From: a virus
Taxonomy: Duplodnaviria > Caudoviricetes
Length of the DNA: 58,984 nt
Virus record (IMG/VR): IMGVR_UViG_3300045741_000116
Coordinates: 1 to 58,984 of that record
Direction: 5' to 3' (one strand)
The position numbers were made by a program, and so were the translations under genes. Every line of letters begins with the position of its first letter. The stretch's first letter is position 1. Below are positions 37,766 to 46,123 of the stretch, piece after piece. The notes below the pieces were generated by a model. That model saw nothing but the letters and a program-made list of their open reading frames with translations. It was not told where the DNA came from and ran no database searches.

Positions 37766-38809
37766 TTAAGATTTCAGTCTGCCTTCCATTGCCAGTATTG
37801 CCCGTTCTCTAGCAGATAACGGCCTAGAGGAGCTCGTAGCATTGGTAAGCGTTTTCATGGTCGGTTGCTGCACCTGTTTCTGTTCAGCCACTGGCTTCGG
37901 CTGTTCTACTTGCGGCTTAGGCTGGCCGGCCTGGAGTCGCTTTTGAATCTTTTGGATCTTAGAAGCGTAACCTGTCAGTTGTTCTAACAAGTAGTCTTCT
38001 GTCTCTCTACAAGCTTCCTCGACCGTCATGACTCGGCCTTCTTCTCGTAGGGTTTGTTCAATCAAATCAACTACATCCTTTACTGAGCCTGTAGCTTTAA
38101 TCGTTTCGAATTCAGGGTCAGAGTTCACTAGGGTGGTGGCTTCGTTAGTCAGCTGTGAGATAGCTGTTCTATAAGTCTGCTGCTCACGCTCTTCAATCGT
38201 TTTAACCGTCTTCTGGTTCTCTTCTCGAAGCGCTTTAATCTCAGCTTTCAGCATTTCCATTTCAGCCGATACCCGTGGGTCTCTAGGCTGTTGGTTAATG
38301 ATCTGTTGGGTGAGTTCTTCGTAGGAGACGCCTGACTCAGCTAGGATATCCAGGGCTCGTGCCTTGATCTCATCCTTAGTGTAGCCTTGAGTCGGCTGAG
38401 AGGGGGTAGCTGTAAGCTGTGCCTCTCGTGCAGCTAAAGCCTCTTCTCGGGCCTTTAGCTTAGCTTCCTGCGCTTGAGCCTTAGCTCGTAATGCCTGCTC
38501 TTGTCGAGCGATCTTGGCATACTGCGCTGTGATAGCCGGGTCTACCTTTGGCTTCTCTTCAGCCTTAGGTTCGGTCTCCGTAACTTCTTGAGACTGCGCT
38601 TCTATAACGTCATTTCCGCTTGTCTTGGGCTTTACGGCGCCCATTTCTTCGGCAGACACCTGGGTAGCATTCTGTACCGTGGTGTTCTCCTGGGGTTGTT
38701 GGTTCTGTCCAGTTAACATAGCGACAACCTTGGCTTTTACGTCAGCGCTGGCTGGTCGGTCTACTGTTGGTTGGACGGGCATTGGGCCTGCAATAGGCTG
38801 GATTTTCAT
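37766..38809 (-). CDS. Capsid scaffolding protein
   Basis: Charged coiled coil between portal and capsid; basic C-terminal helix. Confidence 0.75.
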   Translation of the reverse strand: MKIQPIAGPMPVQPTVDRPASADVKAKVVAMLTGQNQQPQENTTVQNATQVSAEEMGAVKPKTSGNDVIEAQSQEVTETEPKAEEKPKVDPAITAQYAKIARQEQALRAKAQAQEAKLKAREEALAAREAQLTATPSQPTQGYTKDEIKARALDILAESGVSYEELTQQIINQQPRDPRVSAEMEMLKAEIKALREENQKTVKTIEEREQQTYRTAISQLTNEATTLVNSDPEFETIKATGSVKDVVDLIEQTLREEGRVMTVEEACRETEDYLLEQLTGYASKIQKIQKRLQAGQPKPQVEQPKPVAEQKQVQQPTMKTLTNATSSSRPLSARERAILAMEGRLKS

Positions 38810-38897
38810 GGGTTACTCCTTGTTCGTTTGTTGGTTACTACTTGCACAAACTTTTAGTAAAATTTCATGTAATTAAATCTATAACGGCTTGATTTTA

Positions 38898-40787
38898 TTA
38901 AGCTCCTGGAGCGTTAGGAATTAATGGGCTTGTCGGAGCCGGTTGGGGATTGGCTTGGGGCGTAGGTTGCGGTCCTGCTGGTGCAGGAGGAGGCTGGGTA
39001 GAAGCCAGTAAAGCTTGTACTTGGGCTCGGAAGTCACGGAGCTTCTGGATCTTAGACTCTTCAAGCTTAGCGCCTGAGTACAGGTTGATGTAGGCTACTG
39101 CGTGCTGGTTAGCCAGGTCTAAAGGAAGCTCAGGGTAAGGAGGCGTGTACTTGCCTGTCTCTACGATATCGTCCAGGATCTGGAATACCCGCTCTTCACC
39201 TGCGTTAGCCAGGGTTTCCATTTGTTCGAGGTCCGGGTAGTCTAGGAGTCGTCGGCCTTCCTGCAGGGTAATCATACCTGACTGCACCATCTCGGTGACC
39301 TTAGCCAAGCGACCTGCTGGATCTTTAGGAAGGGACGACTGAGTAAAGCACTGGATGATATAGGTATCTTCCAGCATGGAAGCCTTAGGAAGATCTACTT
39401 CTCTGGTTCCGTTCTTGTTGGGATACACCGTAGTGTAGGAACCGTCTCGTTCTGCAATATCCTTAGCAAGATCAATTACTTGGTAAGCAAGGTCGACGAA
39501 CATATTATCATACCGCTTAGCAAGGGAAGCAAAGCGGTCAGTACTAATATCATCGTAAGTGCGAATAGCTTCGCCGCTGTCCAAACCTTGGGGTTTTTGG
39601 CTAGACGCCTGCAGTGCAGACACTCCACATTGCTGGTATCCGTATTGGATGAGCTTGTCGCGCTCCGCGTACAGTTCTGGTGCATTTGAAGGTGCCACTT
39701 CGTAAGTAGGTTTGGTTCCTCTGAACTTGACGATTACGCCGATATCGTTGTTGTGGTGAGCGGAAGAGACTTTGGAGCCCTCTTCTTGGAATACCCTCGG
39801 TACACCGACGAGCTTGATGGCTCGGCTAATGGTGTATAGGATGCTGTTTAATTCCATTTGGGTGCCCATAAGCTGCTCGGCCAGTCCTTGTGACCAGAAG
39901 CCTAGGAGTCTTGGGCTATAATGCATGAATGTGAAGGGGAAACGGTCTTTGACGTACTCTTCATCTACCAGGTATCCAGCTGAACAGGCCAGAGTATGGC
40001 GTCCGTCCTTGGCGTTCTTACCTGAGCGGAGGTGCCATCCTTCTACGACCATTACTAGGTCTGAGACCGATTTCGACGCGTCTGGTCCGTTATCCGGCGT
40101 GGCTTTAGCTGCCATCTCAATCTTTTTTGCAAGATGAGGAAAATTTGCCATAAGCACATCGCGGTCAACAAGTTTAATACGATAAAGCTGTCTGGGTTCT
40201 CCATACATTGCCTCGTTAGGGTCTACTAGGAGTTCCGTAAGGAGGACTCGCTCCATACCGACTCTGGCGTCTGGGGTTTCAAACGTGTGGATGCAGCCAG
40301 TACCTTCTACCAGTCCGTCTCGCAGGATAATGGGGGCCAGCTCGTAGGTCTTACAGTTATAGAACTCACCTTCTACGAAATTGTTCAGTTTTTTAGCGAG
40401 GTTACGCTGTTTATAATCCCCGTTATCAGTGAGAAAAACTGGCTTAGGACGTGACTGTGAGATTCTTGACACCAGAGTGTCAGTAGCAGACTGTATAAGG
40501 TTAAAAGTAGGACGTTCCTGAGGAAGGCCCTGGGTCTGGTCCATTTTAGACATGTTAGAACCAGCAAAGCTATAAAGACTTTGGTTACCATACAACCTCG
40601 CGTAGATAGCTGCTTGTCGGTACCGGTAGGCCTGGGTCTCTTTAAGATAGGCAGCAGAGGTCAGCATCTGAGAAGCGGCCTTATCCTTGTCCTTCTCTAA
40701 CCACCATTGGGCTAAGACAGCCGCGTTAGGGGCTTCCTTAGTCCTGAAGGTAACTTTTTTAGGAGCTTCTGTAGCTGTTACTTTCAT
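38898..40787 (-). CDS. Portal protein
   Basis: 629 aa downstream of TerL; FNLIQSATDTL...SRPKP, GVSALQASSQKP..LDSGEAIR; Pro-rich tail. Confidence 0.85.
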   Translation of the reverse strand: MKVTATEAPKKVTFRTKEAPNAAVLAQWWLEKDKDKAASQMLTSAAYLKETQAYRYRQAAIYARLYGNQSLYSFAGSNMSKMDQTQGLPQERPTFNLIQSATDTLVSRISQSRPKPVFLTDNGDYKQRNLAKKLNNFVEGEFYNCKTYELAPIILRDGLVEGTGCIHTFETPDARVGMERVLLTELLVDPNEAMYGEPRQLYRIKLVDRDVLMANFPHLAKKIEMAAKATPDNGPDASKSVSDLVMVVEGWHLRSGKNAKDGRHTLACSAGYLVDEEYVKDRFPFTFMHYSPRLLGFWSQGLAEQLMGTQMELNSILYTISRAIKLVGVPRVFQEEGSKVSSAHHNNDIGVIVKFRGTKPTYEVAPSNAPELYAERDKLIQYGYQQCGVSALQASSQKPQGLDSGEAIRTYDDISTDRFASLAKRYDNMFVDLAYQVIDLAKDIAERDGSYTTVYPNKNGTREVDLPKASMLEDTYIIQCFTQSSLPKDPAGRLAKVTEMVQSGMITLQEGRRLLDYPDLEQMETLANAGEERVFQILDDIVETGKYTPPYPELPLDLANQHAVAYINLYSGAKLEESKIQKLRDFRAQVQALLASTQPPPAPAGPQPTPQANPQPAPTSPLIPNAPGA

Positions 40788-40793
40788 AAGTCC

Positions 40794-41066
40794 TTATTGC
40801 TCTTGCGGTAGATGGCCTTGGGCAGAGTAAAACAGTTTCTGCTCTTCTGTCAGGGTGTCCCAGCCGTCTGCTATGATCTTACCTGGGTCGTTGAAGCCCT
40901 GTACTTCTGGGGCTTCTTTGGCTTGTTTCTTAGATGTAGGAACACTGGGTGCTACAAGATCGGGCTCCAGGTGGAACTCTAAGTTATCGATTTTCATGGT
41001 TTTTACGCCACGCTTGTTACATAACACCAGAAGCTTGTCTAAATCTTTAAGGCTTTCCAGTTTCAC
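40794..41066 (-). CDS. Hypothetical protein
   Basis: ORF between TerL and portal, GAGGT RBS. Confidence 0.65.
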   Translation of the reverse strand: MKLESLKDLDKLLVLCNKRGVKTMKIDNLEFHLEPDLVAPSVPTSKKQAKEAPEVQGFNDPGKIIADGWDTLTEEQKLFYSAQGHLPQEQ

Positions 41067-41069
41067 TGG

Positions 41070-41951
41070 TTACCTCATTTGTCTTTTGGATTGCATTCTT
41101 CGTCGGATAGCTGAAACCATGTCCATTTTGTCTTCTGCCGAGTGCTCTCGCTCGTCCCCGATCTCGTTCGAGTCTTCGGGCTGGTGCAGGCTGTCGATTT
41201 CTTCGTCGTAGTTCTCTTTAAGAGCCGCGTCTTCGTTACGCTTATAGTAGCCATTAGGCTGTTCCATAGCGTTGAGATCAAGGTCAACTTGGCCGCCCTC
41301 AGCGAACTTCCGGCGTTTAGCCATAATCGCAGCTGCCAGTGAGTCATGGCGCTCGTCTTCAACGTCTTCGTCTGGGTCGATGTCATGTACGTCTCCGCCT
41401 TCTGCCAACATGGGAGCCATATGCTCGTTATCCATGATCTCTTCTTCAGAAGGAGACATATAAGATTCTTTGATGGGAGACATAGAAGGCTCTTCGTCTT
41501 CTTCTGCCCGCTTCATACTGACTTCTTCGTTGATCATTCCACCTTTAGCCAACATTTGGAGGCGCATCTCTTCATCTTGGAGCTTACGGTCCAGTACCTT
41601 GAAGGGGGAGTCTGCGGCTACCATCTTAGACATTTTGAGGGGCTGTGGGTTCTTAAGGCTAGGAGTTCTGCGGGGAGCGTCTTGTTTGATATCAGGGCGG
41701 GAAAGCATTTGAGATTCTTTAATAGCCTTGGGAGTTTCCTGGTGAGCAATCTCTACTCGGTCATTGTGCTTCTGGTCTGGCATTGGTCGGGCTTCAGACT
41801 TAACTGATCCACCTTCTGCCATCTTCTTGGGAGCCTTGCGCTTAACTGCGTAAGCTATTGCAATTGCTTGTTTTTGCGGCTTACCAGCGTGCATTTCGGT
41901 AGCGATGTTCTCGCTCATTGCTTTCTGTGATTTACTCTTAATTAATGGCAC
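41070..41951 (-). CDS. Low-complexity probable internal head protein with four AxGG motifs
   Basis: MPLIKSKSQKAMSENIATEMHAGKPQKQAIAIAY N-terminus; MAEGG, LAKGG, LAEGG, FAEGG. Confidence 0.7.
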   Translation of the reverse strand: MPLIKSKSQKAMSENIATEMHAGKPQKQAIAIAYAVKRKAPKKMAEGGSVKSEARPMPDQKHNDRVEIAHQETPKAIKESQMLSRPDIKQDAPRRTPSLKNPQPLKMSKMVAADSPFKVLDRKLQDEEMRLQMLAKGGMINEEVSMKRAEEDEEPSMSPIKESYMSPSEEEIMDNEHMAPMLAEGGDVHDIDPDEDVEDERHDSLAAAIMAKRRKFAEGGQVDLDLNAMEQPNGYYKRNEDAALKENYDEEIDSLHQPEDSNEIGDEREHSAEDKMDMVSAIRRRMQSKRQMR

Positions 41952-41953
41952 GA

Positions 41954-42298
41954 TTACTCCCTAATGTTTCCGGCTTTGACGTTCTGAGCTTTAAAAGTGT
42001 TCTTGTTGAGCTCAATGACTTCGCGGTCTTCTGAAGGCTCATTGGTGTGTTCGCCCTCTTCATGGGGCTGTGAGTCCAGGATAGTGAACATGTCTTTAAC
42101 GGCGCGTACAAACGCTTTAACGTCTTGCGCGTGGATAGCTTGAATGGCAGCGTACCCGCAGGTCTCTAGGCCTTCGTCAGACGCGGCTGCGTCCTCGTTC
42201 TGGGCGTCTAGGGAGCCTTCTGGGGCTGCGTCTGATTTACGTCGTTTGATGATCAGGCCTGCTACGGGGGCCTGCTTGAGTTTCATGAAAGGAAGCAC
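41954..42298 (-). CDS. Hypothetical head-region protein
   Basis: AAGGAG RBS plus GTG; downstream of late promoter motif. Confidence 0.65.
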   Translation of the reverse strand: MLPFMKLKQAPVAGLIIKRRKSDAAPEGSLDAQNEDAAASDEGLETCGYAAIQAIHAQDVKAFVRAVKDMFTILDSQPHEEGEHTNEPSEDREVIELNKNTFKAQNVKAGNIRE

Positions 42299-42317
42299 TG
42301 CGACTCCTTGGCTATGT

Positions 42318-42338
42318 CTATATGAGTCATTCGCGCTT
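42318..42338 (-). promoter_or_regulatory. Putative late promoter motif, copy 4
   Basis: AAGCGC GAA TGACT CATA TAG. Confidence 0.7.
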
Positions 42339-42361
42339 GTTTTATGTAAATTTACGTAAAT

Positions 42362-43804
42362 TTAGTCAATTCCGTAGAGTTTTTTCATGGTTTCCTGCGA
42401 AAACTGCTCTTCTTGCTGGAAACCTTGGAGCTCTTTTTCCCACATCTCGTCCGGCTGGGACTCTGCCCACTCCTTGGTGCCCCATTTAGGGGCTGGAGGC
42501 CCTGCAGGCTTGTGCAGGTACCCGTAGGACTCTTTAAAAGCGTATAACACGGCGTCTATGATGTCACTGTGGGGTTTCTTCTTAACTACGATTTTATTAG
42601 GGCTAGACTTCTCCCAGTCGATCTGCACCAGGTAGGAGTCTTGGGCGAAGCGGGAGTTACCTTTGGCCTTGAACTTACCAGTCCTGAGGGCGTCGTTTAG
42701 AAGCTCTACGTTTTCTTGCTTACGGAGCTTGTCTGCTGGCTCTACCGGTACTGCGTGGCGTCGTCGGACCTCTTCTGCCAGCTTCTTACCTAGACCGCCT
42801 TCGTCCATGACGATCTTCTGTACATTATACTTCTTTTCGTAGAGCTTGATCTGTTCTACGAGCTCTGTAAGTCCTTGTTTCTTCGTAATTTTCTCTTCCA
42901 CCAGGTATGTTGTAGGGCTGGCTTCCGAGTAAGCTACGATGGCTATGGCGTCCGCGTCGTTAAAGCCAATATCCACGCCCATAATATAGTTCCATTTCAA
43001 CTCTTTAGGCAACTCTGTGTAATGGTTAACCTTTTCGTTATACCGTATCCAGAGAGACTCAACGTCTAGCACCCACTGGTTCCTCCACTCGCGAAGGAGG
43101 GTAGGATTGTCGTGCTGCCATTCCCGTTTCTTCATAAGGTCTTCTAGGAAGCCTTGGGGGTTTGGCATATGGGGGTTGTTCATTAGGGTCCACTCGTGAT
43201 GGCTATACCCGTACTTTCTTTGGTTTGTTACTTCGAAGAAGTACCCCGCCGGTACCGGTCCTGGGGTTCCTGTGAGAGCTAGCCAGCCATCGGGGTAATC
43301 CGCTATCGACGGCGTTAGTACGTCGTCCACCAGGGACTGTAGGTGCGCTCCGAAGTCCTGTGCCTCGTCTATTCCCACTCCAGGGTATTTGCGGCCTTTT
43401 AGGCGCTTGATGAAGTTTTTCATGTCCGCCCCGAACAGCTTCAGGGTCGCTCCGTTTGGGTGCTTCATTGTCAGCTTTGACTCTACGAACGTGCACCCTA
43501 TCTGGTATTTTTCGTTTATTTCCTGCAAAACGGGCCATAGAATCTCCCTCGCTGACTCTAAGGTCAGTCCTAAATAAACACATTGTGATTTCGGATGCTT
43601 AGCCATCGTTCTGAAGAAACGTAGGGCTAGCCCGTTAGTCTTACCAGCTCGGCGGGAGCATTGCGCATCGAGATACCGCGACGTGTCTTGAACGAAGGCG
43701 TTCTGCTCAGGAAAATCAGCACTAAGCTCTACTTCGTTTGTAGACACCTGGGTTGACTGACGGGCTACGGTTTCGGCGAGGATGCCGGTTTTACTTATTA
43801 GCAT
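42362..43804 (-). CDS. terL: Terminase large subunit
   Basis: SRRAGKT Walker A, GIDEAQ Walker B, LTGTP, GVDIG nuclease Asp, HSDIIDAVLY. Confidence 0.92.
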   Translation of the reverse strand: MLISKTGILAETVARQSTQVSTNEVELSADFPEQNAFVQDTSRYLDAQCSRRAGKTNGLALRFFRTMAKHPKSQCVYLGLTLESAREILWPVLQEINEKYQIGCTFVESKLTMKHPNGATLKLFGADMKNFIKRLKGRKYPGVGIDEAQDFGAHLQSLVDDVLTPSIADYPDGWLALTGTPGPVPAGYFFEVTNQRKYGYSHHEWTLMNNPHMPNPQGFLEDLMKKREWQHDNPTLLREWRNQWVLDVESLWIRYNEKVNHYTELPKELKWNYIMGVDIGFNDADAIAIVAYSEASPTTYLVEEKITKKQGLTELVEQIKLYEKKYNVQKIVMDEGGLGKKLAEEVRRRHAVPVEPADKLRKQENVELLNDALRTGKFKAKGNSRFAQDSYLVQIDWEKSSPNKIVVKKKPHSDIIDAVLYAFKESYGYLHKPAGPPAPKWGTKEWAESQPDEMWEKELQGFQQEEQFSQETMKKLYGID

Positions 43805-44042
43805 TTTTCTTCTTCAAGTCCTCAATATATTTGTCTTTAAGGGCTTTAATTTCAAATAGATAAGCTTTTACTTCTTCGAAAGTAAAGAACCATCGGCGCT
43901 CAGACTGCCACACTTTTGGTGCGATCTGCTTCATGTTCTTAGGGACGCCTTTGCGGACAAGTGTTCGCCACTTAGACTCGACCCCGGTGACCTCTTTCGA
44001 AAGCCAGTTAAGCTCTTTTCGTTCTAGGTAAGTTAAGTTCAT
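43791..44042 (-). CDS. Hypothetical protein
   Basis: Coupled ORF upstream of TerL. Confidence 0.6.
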   Translation of the reverse strand: MNLTYLERKELNWLSKEVTGVESKWRTLVRKGVPKNMKQIAPKVWQSERRWFFTFEEVKAYLFEIKALKDKYIEDLKKKNANK

Positions 44043-44344
44043 GTTTCGTCTTCTTTCTCAGTTAAGATGGCCTTAGCGCGTTCTTTGAGCTGCTCGTCTG
44101 TAAGACCTCTGAGGGACTCTCTTTCTCTGTCCTTAAGCTCGAATAATAGCTTGAGGTGGTCCCTTAGGTCTCTGGCGTCGTTGGCTTCAAGCTTACCGTT
44201 GACGCTTCGGGCCACTAGATTCTTAATTTCCCTGTATAACACCAGTAGTGCGTCGTCTATTAAACGAGCTACCGAGATCTCCGATATAGGCGGGACCTCG
44301 ATAGGTGTTAGGGGAATCTCTATTACTTCATTCTTTTTAGACAC
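44039..44344 (-). CDS. Helical protein, possible terminase small subunit
   Basis: Position upstream of TerL; LTDEQL C-terminal motif. Confidence 0.45.
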   Translation of the reverse strand: MSKKNEVIEIPLTPIEVPPISEISVARLIDDALLVLYREIKNLVARSVNGKLEANDARDLRDHLKLLFELKDRERESLRGLTDEQLKERAKAILTEKEDET

Positions 44345-44353
44345 TTACGGCTC

Positions 44354-44374
44354 CTACAGAGGTCACTCGCGCTT
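44354..44374 (-). promoter_or_regulatory. Putative late promoter motif, copy 5
   Basis: AAGCGC GAG TGACC TCTG TAG. Confidence 0.7.
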
Positions 44375-44615
44375 ACGCCGGGATATAGTGGGTTACGTTA
44401 GTGAGGGGCACAACTGCCTTATCTTTGATCACGTTACCGTTCGGGTCTTTGGCAGTAATAATAAGAACCGCGCCTACAACTCTCATTTTAGACACCTTGG
44501 AGTTCGTAGCGTCCAGGCTAAGAGTGGGCCCTACGTTACCTGAACCGGGGATGTAGATTCCACCGTGTAACACAGCGTATTTCACCAGGAATCCTGATTC
44601 TTCGACTTGGTTCAT
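44373..44615 (-). CDS. Hypothetical protein
   Basis: Coupled ORF. Confidence 0.6.
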   Translation of the reverse strand: MNQVEESGFLVKYAVLHGGIYIPGSGNVGPTLSLDATNSKVSKMRVVGAVLIITAKDPNGNVIKDKAVVPLTNVTHYIPA

Positions 44616-44902
44616 GCTGTAGCCTCTTCGGTCTTAGGAGTTTCGGTAGGAGCTGGTGTAGCTGCGTCTAAAGCAGCGCGCTCATTGCCTTCTGCCAGTA
44701 CCTTAGCGATCTCTTTCTTCTTAGCGTCAATTGACTGCTGGAAGTTCTGCAGGTCCTTGGCTTGGGCTTCTTTCAAAAGCTCAAAGCGTGTAGTAAGATC
44801 ACCGAGTTCAGCGCAGGCTTGGCCGTACGCTTTCTGGATGTCTGCTGCCGAACGGACAGTCTTTGGTTGTGGTTTAGGTCCTCGTGCTGATTTTCCTGAC
44901 AT
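44612..44902 (-). CDS. Coiled-coil hypothetical protein
   Basis: AAGGAGG RBS. Confidence 0.65.
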   Translation of the reverse strand: MSGKSARGPKPQPKTVRSAADIQKAYGQACAELGDLTTRFELLKEAQAKDLQNFQQSIDAKKKEIAKVLAEGNERAALDAATPAPTETPKTEEATA

Positions 44903-44911
44903 GTTGCCTCC

Positions 44912-45349
44912 TTAAATGGCAAATGGATTATAAATGGCGGTTGGAAACTTACTCATTAATTTTTTACCGGTCGCGGTTAAATGCGTGATAGCTGTAGGGT
45001 ATTTAGGCAGAAGACTTCGGGCAATGCCATGTCTGCGCCATCCTGAGCCGTCGGGCTGCTTAGAGTCCTTTACATACACCCAGTGAATCGTTTGAAAGTC
45101 TGGGCTAAGAATGCTGTACCCTAGAATGATATTGTGGTCTTCTTTGAGACAGGCGACTTTTACGGTGGACTTCTGGAGCAGAATTTCGGCTAAGATCTGG
45201 TAGTTCTCCATAAAGACTGGTTTAGGGATTAAGCTATACCAGGAGTCACCATAGTAAAGGCCTCGCAAGAATGTGGCTAAAATGAAGTTCTTGTCTTCTG
45301 GTACCATGTCTCGAATGTCGTAAAGTCCTGAAAAGTCTATGTTTGTCAT
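44912..45349 (-). CDS. GNAT-family acetyltransferase
   Basis: IHWVYVK...WRRHGIARSLL (R-x-x-G-x-A motif A). Confidence 0.75.
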   Translation of the reverse strand: MTNIDFSGLYDIRDMVPEDKNFILATFLRGLYYGDSWYSLIPKPVFMENYQILAEILLQKSTVKVACLKEDHNIILGYSILSPDFQTIHWVYVKDSKQPDGSGWRRHGIARSLLPKYPTAITHLTATGKKLMSKFPTAIYNPFAI

Positions 45350-45744
45350 TGCATACCTTCGTAAGTCATTAGGTGCTCATGCTGCATTATCTTGCGCAGC
45401 TTTACGATAATGGCCCGCACCCTTGATTCATGTAGCTTGATTCTCACCTTCTTCAATACTTTGACAATATCTGCTGAACCAATCCCGTTTGCGTGGTACT
45501 CCCAGATAATCTGTTCTCGTTTAGACTCAAAGGTGTGGGTATGAAGAAACTGGTTGGCCATGTAGTAATATTCCTGTATGGCTTCCCTTATCAAAGGGTC
45601 TTTCTGCATCGGCGACCTAGGAGCCGCTGATCTTAAAGACCCGTCTTCGTACTCAATATCGTCAAACCCAGCTTTCTTGAGTTTTGCGTACCATTCTTTC
45701 TGAAGTTTTTTTAGTTCATCATTGCGGGACATTTGAAGCGGCAC
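45346..45744 (-). CDS. Sigma region-4-like HTH protein, candidate late transcription factor
   Basis: REQIIWEYHANGIGSADIVKVL...ESRVRAIIVKLR resembles sigma70 region 4. Confidence 0.5.
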   Translation of the reverse strand: MPLQMSRNDELKKLQKEWYAKLKKAGFDDIEYEDGSLRSAAPRSPMQKDPLIREAIQEYYYMANQFLHTHTFESKREQIIWEYHANGIGSADIVKVLKKVRIKLHESRVRAIIVKLRKIMQHEHLMTYEGMQ

Positions 45745-46069
45745 TTTCAGTCTGTGCTGTCGCTTCAGCTTGTTTTTTGGCTTCTTCTGCTGCCAGGGCC
45801 TGCTGCTTCTCTTTGAGATCCTGCATAACGGCTCCAGCTACTTGGCTCGCGGCGCCTTTGATGAGGGTTTTTCCAAAATAGATTTTGGGCTTGTAAGCTG
45901 AGGTCGAGTCCAAATGCAGAATAGATACAGCCAGGGCAAACTTAACAGAATCATTGTTAGGCATACCAAAAGTCTCAATAATAGAATCTGACCAGGTTTC
46001 AAACTCAGCCTTCCCTTGTGGGAGTTTAGACGGTAAGTAAGCCATCAGTCTCAGTAAAAATTTTCGCAT
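45719..46069 (-). CDS. Hypothetical protein
   Basis: AAGGAG RBS after sigma70 promoter. Confidence 0.65.
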   Translation of the reverse strand: MRKFLLRLMAYLPSKLPQGKAEFETWSDSIIETFGMPNNDSVKFALAVSILHLDSTSAYKPKIYFGKTLIKGAASQVAGAVMQDLKEKQQALAAEEAKKQAEATAQTESAASNVPQ

Positions 46070-46089
46070 ATCGTCTCCTTATGAGACCT

Positions 46090-46118
46090 ATATTAGCCAA
46101 AAAGAGACTTAATGTCAA
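46090..46118 (-). promoter_or_regulatory. Sigma70 promoter TTGACA-N17-TAATAT
   Basis: Near-consensus hexamers with 17-nt spacer. Confidence 0.8.
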
Positions 46119-46123
46119 CTATA

